Of a stretch of 64,000 nt of DNA, positions 9,720 through 18,109 are shown piece after piece. The position numbers and the translations under genes were made by a program. Origin of the DNA: Verrucomicrobiia bacterium (GTDB lineage: Bacteria > Verrucomicrobiota > Verrucomicrobiia > Palsa-1439). Under the pieces are notes generated by a model. It saw only the letters and a program-made list of their open reading frames with translations, had not been told where the DNA came from and searched no databases. The first letter of the stretch is position 1, and each line of letters begins with the position of its first letter. The stretch covers positions 43,061 to 107,060 of the forward strand of contig JBEKBH010000007.1 of assembly GCA_050015495.1 (NCBI GenBank), in the 5' to 3' direction.

Positions 9720-10496
9720 ATGATTGCCATTCTCGTTGCCGTACGTCAGGAACTCCGCCCCATTCTGCACCGGGCGGACGCCAACCATGTTGTCCGCCAG
9801 GAACACCTCGATTTCCACGAAGGCACGCTTGGCGGTCAATCCGTCGCCCTGCTCGCGCTCGGCATCGGCAAGGAATGCGCCCGTATCGCTGCCGAAATGA
9901 CCATTCGCTGCTACCGCCCCGACCTCGTGATCAGCTCGGGGTTTGGCGGCGGACTGCAGCCGGACATTCGCGCGGGAGATATTGTCGTCGGCACGGAGAT
10001 TCTCGAACTGGGCCGGGACCAGGGCGACCAGATTACCTGGACGACGACCCACAAGCCGCTCCGGCCCGCCCGCATTCGTTGGGATGACGATTCGGGGATC
10101 CACGTCCATTACGGCAAAATCCTGACGACCGATGAGATGGTATTGCGGGCGGCAAACAAGGCGCGGATCGGCCGGGCCACCGGCGCCCTGGCTGTTGACA
10201 TGGAAACCAGCGCTGTCGCGGCGGTGTGTGCGGCCCGAAAGACCGATTTTCTCGCCGTCCGCGGGATCACGGACCTGGTCGATGAGGACCTACCGGATGA
10301 ATTCAACGACTTTTTCGTGCTCGGCCAGTTGCGGGCTGACCGCGTGTTCTCGAGTTGCGCGCGCGATCCGCGCGTCCTCGCCGATCTGGCCCGACTTGGC
10401 TATCGTGCCAAGCATTCCGGCGCGAAACTGGCCCGCTTTCTCGAAGCCGCCGTCGGACAATTACACCTTCCAGCGCTTGCGACGCGCCATTTGTGA
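9720..10496 (+). CDS. hpnG: Nucleoside phosphorylase-family protein (HpnG-like adenosylhopane nucleosidase)
   Basis: PNP/MTAN fold motifs (SSGFGGGL, AVDMETSAV, VRGITD); follows hpnH. Confidence 0.75.
   Translation: MIAILVAVRQELRPILHRADANHVVRQEHLDFHEGTLGGQSVALLALGIGKECARIAAEMTIRCYRPDLVISSGFGGGLQPDIRAGDIVVGTEILELGRDQGDQITWTTTHKPLRPARIRWDDDSGIHVHYGKILTTDEMVLRAANKARIGRATGALAVDMETSAVAAVCAARKTDFLAVRGITDLVDEDLPDEFNDFFVLGQLRADRVFSSCARDPRVLADLARLGYRAKHSGAKLARFLEAAVGQLHLPALATRHL
10461..10496 (+). repeat. Left copy of a 36-nt direct repeat (3' end of hpnG)
   Basis: TTACACCTTCCAGCGCTTGCGACGCGCCATTTGTGA matches 12520-12555 at 26 of the first 27 nt and 30/36 overall. Confidence 0.92.
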
Positions 10497-10571
10497 TCGC
10501 CCGCCATCCCCAGCTTCAGCGGCGGAGGGATTCGACTTGCAGAAGCTGGGCGATCTTCATACCCTGCCGCC

Positions 10572-11747
10572 GTGAAGCCGCTCAGGCTCAGAGTTCTGCT
10601 GCTAGGGATTCCGCTTCTGTCCGCTCAACTTAACACTTGCCGCGCGCAGACGGAGACAATCAATCTAAGGGCGCTCGCTAGGAAGGCCCGGCCCGCAGTC
10701 ATGCTGCTTGTCCTTTCTGATGCAAATGGCGACGAGATCGCAACTGGCACCGGCTTTCTCGTCTCCAACGATGGCAAACTCGTCACCAACTACCACGTCA
10801 TCGAAAACGCTGCCAACGGTGCTGCGAAGGCCGAGAACGGCGATTTATTCCCGATTGAAGGCGTGTTAGCGAGCGATCCGAAAGATGACCTCGCGTTGGT
10901 GAAGATCAAAGGGAACGACCTGCGGTTTCTGACACTTGGCAATAGCGAGAAGGTCGAAGTCGGCAGCCGCATCGCCGTCATCGGTAGCCCGCTCGGCTTG
11001 GAGGCTACGCTGTCTGAAGGTATTGTTTCTGCCATCCGTGGGATTAACGGGGAACCTCCCCTGCTCCAAATCACGGCAGCAATATCGCGGGGTTCCAGCG
11101 GGTCACCTGTGCTGAGCGTCGAAGGTGAGGTCATCGGCATTGCGACGCTAATGATGCAGGGAGGACAGGCGATCAATTTTGCCGTACCAGCGGCACCATG
11201 CCGCACACTCTTGGCTCTTGGGCAAAATGCATCTCCGGTCCAGCCTCTTAGTGCCCCGGTAGGAAGCGATAGAAAAAACGTTTTCGGTGATGCCGACCGT
11301 GCGAAAGCATGGTTCGCCTTGGGCGTAAACTACCGCAGCACAGACCGCGCGGACGCCTCAATCGCAGCTTTCAAACAGGCGACCCAACTCAAACCAGATT
11401 ACGCGGAGGCGTGGTACAATATGGGGTTGGCCTCTGAGAACCTAGCCGAGAAGATCGGCGCCTTCAGTCAAGCGGTCAGAATTACGCCCAACTACGGAGA
11501 CGCTTGGTATGGGCTAGGCAAGGCCTACTTATCAGTCGACCAGATGAAGGCTGTACATGCTCTGGAACAAGCCGCGAAGTACAACCCCCAAGACGCAGTA
11601 CTGTGGTGGGACCTTAGCGGTGTATACCAATCCGTAGGCCGGCTAGATGATTCGCGTGCGGCCCTCCAACGGGCCATAGCATTGAACCCGCGTAAAATTA
11701 GGGAGCTTGATCCATACCACGAAACGAGGGAATGGATGTACAGATAG
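10572..11747 (+). CDS. Trypsin-like (S1C) serine protease with C-terminal TPR repeats
   Basis: GTGFLV..LVTNYHVI (His), DLALVK (Asp), ISRGSSGSPV (Ser); AEAWYNMG/GDAWYGLG TPRs; signal-like N-terminus. Confidence 0.88.
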   Translation: MKPLRLRVLLLGIPLLSAQLNTCRAQTETINLRALARKARPAVMLLVLSDANGDEIATGTGFLVSNDGKLVTNYHVIENAANGAAKAENGDLFPIEGVLASDPKDDLALVKIKGNDLRFLTLGNSEKVEVGSRIAVIGSPLGLEATLSEGIVSAIRGINGEPPLLQITAAISRGSSGSPVLSVEGEVIGIATLMMQGGQAINFAVPAAPCRTLLALGQNASPVQPLSAPVGSDRKNVFGDADRAKAWFALGVNYRSTDRADASIAAFKQATQLKPDYAEAWYNMGLASENLAEKIGAFSQAVRITPNYGDAWYGLGKAYLSVDQMKAVHALEQAAKYNPQDAVLWWDLSGVYQSVGRLDDSRAALQRAIALNPRKIRELDPYHETREWMYR

Positions 11748-11808
11748 CGCACGCTTTCATATAGCGGAGCTTCATTCAACGCTGAGCCTTAGTCCCTATT
11801 GAACGACG

Positions 11809-12432
11809 ATGTCTCTCACGATCGCGGAACTTGAATGGGGAATCACCTTTTGGGGGCAACAACGCACGTGGCCACATGATTTCCACAATGCTTTTTACGC
11901 GCGGATGGCAGAGCAGAATCCGAATGGCCACTTTGACGAGCCATGGTGGACAACTTTTCTGCCCATTCTCAGAGCGTGGATTGCTACTCGGCCCCGTACT
12001 AACGCATACTTGACGGAACGAGCGCACGCTCGACTCCAACGCTTGAGCGTAACATGGGATGAGACTGTCGCGCTTAACCTCAATAATGACATTGCCAATG
12101 TGGAATGGCAGCAGATCGCCACATTCCCGGCACTGGTTGCCGAGATTAAGGACGTGAAATCACCAGTGTTTACGTCAAAATTCTGTCACTTGCTCGCCCC
12201 GCGCATCTTCCCGGTGGTTGACAATGCAGCGATGGGAAATCCGTTTCCAACTTACAAGTGTTATTACATCTCAGGCAGGGACGAATGGCTGGAAACCGAC
12301 CCTGCGACACAACAAGCGCTTGAGGCGAGGTTGACCGAACAAATCGATGTTCCACTCGTTGAGAATTATCCTACGAAATGTAAGCTAATTGAGCTTTGCT
12401 TGATCGGAAGACACAACAATCGACACCCTTGA
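11809..12432 (+). CDS. Hypothetical alpha-helical protein, possible HhH/glycosylase-like fold
   Basis: 207-aa ORF in a more AT-rich segment; motif EIKDVKSPVFTSKFCHLLAPRIFPVVD. Confidence 0.6.
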   Translation: MSLTIAELEWGITFWGQQRTWPHDFHNAFYARMAEQNPNGHFDEPWWTTFLPILRAWIATRPRTNAYLTERAHARLQRLSVTWDETVALNLNNDIANVEWQQIATFPALVAEIKDVKSPVFTSKFCHLLAPRIFPVVDNAAMGNPFPTYKCYYISGRDEWLETDPATQQALEARLTEQIDVPLVENYPTKCKLIELCLIGRHNNRHP

Positions 12433-12519
12433 GCAACGTTGTTCTGTTGATCCGCACGGTTCCGCCATTGTTTCGCGACCTGACACCCAAAACTAGGCGT
12501 ACCCTGTCAGCCGGATACG

Positions 12520-12555
12520 TTACACCTTCCAGCCCTTGCGACGCGCAATCTCTAG
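12520..12555 (+). repeat. Right copy of the 36-nt direct repeat (3' end of hpnN on the minus strand)
   Basis: TTACACCTTCCAGCCCTTGCGACGCGCAATCTCTAG. Confidence 0.92.
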
Positions 12556-15288
12556 CAGTGACGGCAACAGAACGAGCGCGGCCAGCAGGCAGGAGATGAC
12601 CCCGATGGTCGTCACCAAGCCGAGGCTGCGGATGCCGCGATGCGCGCCGATCAGCAGGCTGGCAAACGCGAGGGTGGTGGTCAGGGCCGAGAGAATCACC
12701 GCGCGTCCCGTGCTCTTGCCGTAAAACGTCGCTTCGTGGCTTTCCCGGAACCGTTGAACCACGTAAATCCCGTAGGCGACGCCGATGCCCACAATCAACG
12801 GCAGTACCATGATGTTGGCCGGGTTGAAATTGATTCGCACCACCACCATCGCCCCGAACATCCACGCCGTTCCGACCAATAGCGGCAGGACCGTCAGCAG
12901 CGTGGCATAGCCCCCACGGAAATCGATAAAGATGAGGACGACGATCACCAGCAGCGCCCACAGCGCCGCACGGCAATAACCCGTTTTGAGGATTTCCACA
13001 AACTCGTACAACCCCAACGGCGTGCCCGTGGCCTTTGGCGCGACCGATTGCACGTCGCGCACAAACCTCACCAGAGGCTCACGTTCCCAAATGTTCTCCT
13101 TGGGGAAGACGCGGATGAGAAACTTGCCGGTTCTTCCCACGAGCATCTGGCGCACTTCGGAGGGCACATCGTCGACACCCATCGGCCTGTCCACAATCTG
13201 GTCGGACATCAGTTGCAGTTGGGCCTGCAAGTCCGCATAGAACTGCTGCTCATACTTGGCGAGACGCTGCCGCAGATCACCGGCCTCCAGAGCTTGCAGC
13301 GTCTGCCGCGTTTGCGTGGTGGCATCGACCAGCGGTTTCAGCGCCGTCTCGGCGGCGGAATCGCCATGTTCCGTTGCCGCCCGCAATAGCTGGTTCCCCC
13401 GCAATCGCAAGGACGCCAGGGACCGCAGATCGAGTTCCGCATCCGCTGGATCGGCCGGCGGAATATCGAATTGCACCGAACCTAGTTCCTTCTGGATGCT
13501 GCGGATGATTGCGGCTTTCTGTTCCTGTTGCTCGGGGATCAACTCGGCGATGCTGTGAACGCTGGCCACGCTGGGAAGTTTGGCCAGCCGCTCCTGCAGG
13601 TCCCGGGTCTGCTGAAGATTGTCGCACACGATCGCCGCAAACAGGGTCGATTCCACGTCCGCATGCAGCAACCGCAGTTCGGTTTCCACGGACGCCAGCC
13701 CTTTCGATTGCAGGTTGAGCACGTTGTAGTCAAAGCGCACCGTCCGCGCCGCCACCAGCGCCGCCACGGTGATCACGCCAAACACGGTCAGCATCAGGTA
13801 GGGCCGGCGCAACAGGAGCCGCTCGACGCGCGTGCCCGCCGCTTGCGCGGAGACTGGCGCGGCCCCTCCCTTGCGGTGGAACAACAGCAGAAGTGCCGGC
13901 AATATGGTCATCATTCCCGCCGTGGCGATCAGCATCCCGCCGCCGGCGATGATGCCCAGCTCCGTCACGCCGCGAAACCCACTCAGCCCCATCGCGAAAA
14001 ACGCGGCGGCGTTGGTGACGCCTGCCGTGACGATGCTCGGACCGGTGTGCTTGATGGTGGACCGGACCGCATCTGCCCGTGGAAGACCACTGCTCAATTC
14101 CTCGGTGTATCGGGCAACGAATTGGATCCCAAGATCGATCCCCAATCCGAGAATCATGATCGCAAAGGTAACGGTGATCATATTGAGATGGCCCACCGTC
14201 AGCGTCGTGTATCCCATGCAGACCGCCAGCACGATTGCCATGGAGGCGATAAGCATTGCCACCAGCAGGCAGGCGACGAACAGTGAGATCCGCATCATTC
14301 GGGGGAACGTGACGGCATACAACAGGAAGAGGAGGACCGCCGTCAGCACCGTCGCCTTCGTGGCGTCGCTCTGCGATTGGCGCATCTCGTCGTAATCAAG
14401 CACGGGTTCGCCGGTGAGGTTGATGCCCACGCCCGGAAACTGATGGCGGACCTCCTTCATGATGCGCCGCAACTTCGGGATCGTGGCCGCATGATGCTCG
14501 TCCGACGTCTCCGTTCCCAATCGGGGATGGATCAGTAACAGGAACATCCTGCCTTTGCGAAACGTCTGGTAGCCCTGCCAGCGCAATTCTTCCTGGGCTT
14601 CACCCAGCATTTCCGGGCTGAAGAACGCGCTGGCCCACGGGGACAGCAGCGCGTCGCCGTCCTCGTGGCCGTTAAACGTTCCCATCTGTCCGACAATGGC
14701 GGTCAAGGTTGGCATGAACGACTCGATCTGCTTGCGTTCCGTTTCGGACGCGACATCCATTTGCGTCAGCATGCGATCCATGGAATCGAAAAAGGTGTCG
14801 AGCTTGGGCCGGTGCTGGAGAATGTCCAGGAGTTGCTTGAAATCCTTGAGCGACCCTTCGATTTGATTCAGGTCATCGATCGACAGGTAGTACAGGAACC
14901 ATTTCTTCAGCGCGTTGAGATCGGTGCGGTAGTACAGATCGTTCTGGGTGAACAACTGCGCAACCGGGGCGTCGGCTGGACCCGGATTGTTCGTGGACGA
15001 CAGCAACCTCGATACCAGCGCGTCGATGGCCGCGCGGTTCTGGAGCGGCTGGTCGCTCTCGACGACGATGATGTAATCCTCCTCCGACCGGAATTCCCGG
15101 GCGTATTCGCTGTAGAGGCGCCAGTACTCGCTGTCGCGGCCAATGAGATCGTTCTGGCTGGTTTTGAATTCGAGACGACGAACGGCGTAGAAGGAAGACG
15201 CACCCGCGAGCAGGACGCCCGCGACCAGGAACGCCAGGGGCCAACGGCACACCCAGTCGGCCAATCCGCTAAGAAACCGTTGTCGCAT
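12520..15288 (-). CDS. hpnN: MMPL/RND hopanoid transporter
   Basis: 922 aa, two TM clusters, GLGIDLGIQF and GIGVAYGIYVV RND-type motifs; in the hopanoid cluster. Confidence 0.88.
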   Translation of the reverse strand: MRQRFLSGLADWVCRWPLAFLVAGVLLAGASSFYAVRRLEFKTSQNDLIGRDSEYWRLYSEYAREFRSEEDYIIVVESDQPLQNRAAIDALVSRLLSSTNNPGPADAPVAQLFTQNDLYYRTDLNALKKWFLYYLSIDDLNQIEGSLKDFKQLLDILQHRPKLDTFFDSMDRMLTQMDVASETERKQIESFMPTLTAIVGQMGTFNGHEDGDALLSPWASAFFSPEMLGEAQEELRWQGYQTFRKGRMFLLLIHPRLGTETSDEHHAATIPKLRRIMKEVRHQFPGVGINLTGEPVLDYDEMRQSQSDATKATVLTAVLLFLLYAVTFPRMMRISLFVACLLVAMLIASMAIVLAVCMGYTTLTVGHLNMITVTFAIMILGLGIDLGIQFVARYTEELSSGLPRADAVRSTIKHTGPSIVTAGVTNAAAFFAMGLSGFRGVTELGIIAGGGMLIATAGMMTILPALLLLFHRKGGAAPVSAQAAGTRVERLLLRRPYLMLTVFGVITVAALVAARTVRFDYNVLNLQSKGLASVETELRLLHADVESTLFAAIVCDNLQQTRDLQERLAKLPSVASVHSIAELIPEQQEQKAAIIRSIQKELGSVQFDIPPADPADAELDLRSLASLRLRGNQLLRAATEHGDSAAETALKPLVDATTQTRQTLQALEAGDLRQRLAKYEQQFYADLQAQLQLMSDQIVDRPMGVDDVPSEVRQMLVGRTGKFLIRVFPKENIWEREPLVRFVRDVQSVAPKATGTPLGLYEFVEILKTGYCRAALWALLVIVVLIFIDFRGGYATLLTVLPLLVGTAWMFGAMVVVRINFNPANIMVLPLIVGIGVAYGIYVVQRFRESHEATFYGKSTGRAVILSALTTTLAFASLLIGAHRGIRSLGLVTTIGVISCLLAALVLLPSLLEIARRKGWKV

Positions 15289-15309
15289 GGTTGATGAAAC
15301 GTGCGAAGC

Positions 15310-15333
15310 GTGGGAGGGGCCTCAGCGCCCCGA
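15310..15333 (+). repeat. REP-like hairpin GTGGGAGGGGCCTCAGCGCCCCGA
   Basis: GTGG tag + GGGGC/GCCCC stem; inverted partner at 15857-15880. Confidence 0.85.
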
Positions 15334-15343
15334 TCTGTCTGTG

Positions 15344-15847
15344 TCAATCTCCCTCAAATTCCCATGGCCAAGGGCTCGACACCAGTGTTGGTTCCTGCAA
15401 GCTGCTAGCATCCCATTGCTCTGGCGTGCTTGCCAGCCCCTTTCTCACTGGATTCCATACAATGTAATCGCAAATGTAAGCAAACTGTTTTGTGGATCGG
15501 ATCCTTGTTTCGTAGTATCCATCTTGCCATCGGCACCCCGACGCGCGCAGTGCTCGCGCGGTTTTCGCGCCAACGAAACTCATAAAAGAGTGCATGAAGT
15601 CCGGCAACGTCCCCCCCTCCAAAAGGCCAATCAAACCATGCCAATGATCCGGCATCACGACAAAGGCACCTATCACGATCCGCCGTGTCCCGACGGCGTG
15701 ACGAAAAGCCGATGAGACCAACGCACGCAGTTCCACAGATAGCGCCGCCGTTCGCGGTTGGAGACATTTCGTAACAAAGAACGTATCTGGACGATCGGCG
15801 ACGCGATGCATCCGTAGGTTCTTTGAATGAGGTTCGCCTGCTTTCAC
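15344..15847 (-). mobile_element. REP-associated tyrosine transposase (RAYT, Y1 HUH family)
   Basis: FFVTKC, VVMPDHWHGLI (HUH), WQDGYYETRIR, YIVWNPVRKGL, W..SS; flanked by inverted REPs. GTG start at 15847 estimated. Confidence 0.9.
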
Positions 15848-15856
15848 GGCATACGC

Positions 15857-15880
15857 TCGGGGCACTAAGGCCCCTCCCAC
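15857..15880 (-). repeat. REP-like hairpin GTGGGAGGGGCCTTAGTGCCCCGA
   Basis: Reverse complement matches 15310-15333 at 22/24; begins 2 nt after the hpnO stop. Confidence 0.85.
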
Positions 15881-15882
15881 AT

Positions 15883-17301
15883 TCAAGCCACCACGGGTTC
15901 CCGTTCGGTTTTCTTGCCGCCCTTGTTGGCCAGCGCCGCTTTCACGAGGTTCGCCCCGAGGTCCCACATCGGTCCGGGCAGCTTGTAGCAATCGTTGAGC
16001 ACGTCGTCGAGCGCGTTGACGAAATACTGGATGTCCTCGTCCGTGATGACGAACGACGGCAACACGCGGATGATGTCGCCGTGGTTGCCGCTGACCTGCG
16101 TCAGCACATGGTGCTTCTCCAACATCGGCATCACGACCATTTGCGCGAACAAACCGTCATGCGCCGCGTGCACCATTTTCCACGCGACCTTCATCTTGAG
16201 GCCCCGCGGCTCGTGGAACTCGATGCCGACCATGCAACCCTTCCCGCGCGCCTCCATCAACACTTCGTGGCGCGCTTTCAGGCCGTTGACCGCATCCAGA
16301 AGTTTCTGACCCTGCGTGGCGCTGCGTTCGACCAACTTCTCCTCGTCGAGGATGTGCAGCGTGGCCAATCCCACCGCCATGCCGAGGTTGTTGCGACCGA
16401 AACTCGAGGAATGAACCCAGCAACGGTCCATCCGGTTGAACACCTTCTGATAGATCGAGCGGCGGGTAATCATCGCGCCGACGGGCACATATCCCCCGCT
16501 CAGCGCTTTGCTGGTCGAGATGATGTCGGGTTCCAGGTTCCAGTGCTCGAACGAAAACAGTTTGCCCGTGCGCCCGTAGCCCGTCTGCACCTCGTCGCAG
16601 AAAAACAGCGTGCCATACTTGCGGCAGAGCGCCTGCGCCGCCGGCAGGTAATCGTCGGGCGGAATCCGCACGCCCTTGCCCTGGATACATTCCACCGCCA
16701 GCGCCGCGATATCCTTCCTGGACAGGGCTTTTTCCAGCGCTTCCAGATCGCCGTAGGGCACTTCCACGCCCGGCAACATCTCGCCGAAACTTTCGCGGAA
16801 TTCTTCGTTGCCCATGATCGACAGCGACCCGAGCGATAACCCGTGCCAGCCGTGGTCGAGGTAGGCAAATTTGCTGCGCCCCGTCGCGGCGCGGGCGAAC
16901 TTCAGCGAGGCCTCGACCGCTTCGGTGCCGGAATTGCAGAAGAACACGGCTTCGAGATGCGGCGGACAGCGTTTGACGAGCGCCTCGGCCAACAGCCCCG
17001 CCAGGAACGCGCAATCCATCTGCACCATGTTGGGCAGATCGAGGTCGAGCACGTCGCGGATGACCTGCGCGACCTGCGGGTGGTTGCGGCCAATCGAGTA
17101 CACGCCGAACCCGCTCAGCATGTCGAGATAGCGGTTGCCTTCCTTGTCCCAGAGATACTGGCCTTTGGCGCGGGTATAGACCCTGTCGAAGCCGATGGTG
17201 CGAAACACCTTCACCAGCGTCGGGTTGATGTATTTCTCGTGCAACTCGTAGTTTTCCCCGAGCCGTTCGGCGACGATCTTCTTCAAATCGAGCGATGACA
17301 T
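15883..17301 (-). CDS. hpnO: Class-III PLP aminotransferase (HpnO-like aminobacteriohopanetriol synthase)
   Basis: YLDMLSGFGV, FCNSGTEAVE, DEVQTGYGRTG, SKALSGG; hopanoid context. Confidence 0.82.
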   Translation of the reverse strand: MSSLDLKKIVAERLGENYELHEKYINPTLVKVFRTIGFDRVYTRAKGQYLWDKEGNRYLDMLSGFGVYSIGRNHPQVAQVIRDVLDLDLPNMVQMDCAFLAGLLAEALVKRCPPHLEAVFFCNSGTEAVEASLKFARAATGRSKFAYLDHGWHGLSLGSLSIMGNEEFRESFGEMLPGVEVPYGDLEALEKALSRKDIAALAVECIQGKGVRIPPDDYLPAAQALCRKYGTLFFCDEVQTGYGRTGKLFSFEHWNLEPDIISTSKALSGGYVPVGAMITRRSIYQKVFNRMDRCWVHSSSFGRNNLGMAVGLATLHILDEEKLVERSATQGQKLLDAVNGLKARHEVLMEARGKGCMVGIEFHEPRGLKMKVAWKMVHAAHDGLFAQMVVMPMLEKHHVLTQVSGNHGDIIRVLPSFVITDEDIQYFVNALDDVLNDCYKLPGPMWDLGANLVKAALANKGGKKTEREPVVA

Positions 17302-17410
17302 AACGGCGTGAGTTTATCGCGCTGGCGGCGGCGGTTCAAGCCTGGAACCATCGGCCAAAATCCACGCTGGAAAGACGTTTATCTCCGTGCTAGATTTTGA
17401 GGAGATCAAT

Positions 17411-17989
17411 ATGAAGAGATGGATTGCATGGATGGCTGCGATCTCGGTGGGGTTTGCCCTCGCCGTCGACGCCCGTGCGCAGACCTTTGAGCCCGCGGCC
17501 ACAGATTCCGCTGACCAATCGCCGGCGTTGCGGAAGGTGTTTTCCGACAAGCCGTTCTTCGGCACCCAACGCGTGCTGACGCTCAATGGCAGCTATATCA
17601 ACACCCCGACAGAGAACCTCGAGCAGACCGGTTCGTGGGACGCGTGGGGCATGCCCCTGTCCCTCGACGAAATGCACGGCATGATTGGGGAAATCTCCTT
17701 TGGCGACGCCGCCAAGCAGGGCCAGTGGCAACTCTCCTATCGTTACAAGTTGATGACCATGGACAGCGAGTGGGCGGCGATTGCGGATTCGAACGGCGGC
17801 TTGACTCTCTCGGATCGCCGCTCCCAGGTGCTCAAGGCCAGCTACAATGTCCGGGACTGGTGGAAGGTCGGGCTGGCGGCGGTCGTGGAAGACCGGTCGG
17901 GTATTGACCCCACCATCGATCCGGGAACGTTCGGCTTGACCAGCCGCGAATCCCTCGGCTTCCAGATCGACGCGTTGCTGAAATTCTGA
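17411..17989 (+). CDS. Short secreted protein resembling the C-terminal half of a putative porin
   Basis: GGAG RBS, signal peptide, alternating beta-strands (WQLSYRY, VLKASYNV, WKVGLAAV) and C-terminal QIDALLKF. Confidence 0.65.
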   Translation: MKRWIAWMAAISVGFALAVDARAQTFEPAATDSADQSPALRKVFSDKPFFGTQRVLTLNGSYINTPTENLEQTGSWDAWGMPLSLDEMHGMIGEISFGDAAKQGQWQLSYRYKLMTMDSEWAAIADSNGGLTLSDRRSQVLKASYNVRDWWKVGLAAVVEDRSGIDPTIDPGTFGLTSRESLGFQIDALLKF

Positions 17990-18109
17990 CGCGGCCAGTT
18001 TCGGCCGGTCGACGATCTGCACAGTCCTTCCCGTTTTCCCAGTAATCGGTTGTCGTTTCACCATCGGCCTGTTAGAAATCGGATCCGAACGCGCGCTGAG
18101 AGAACGATC

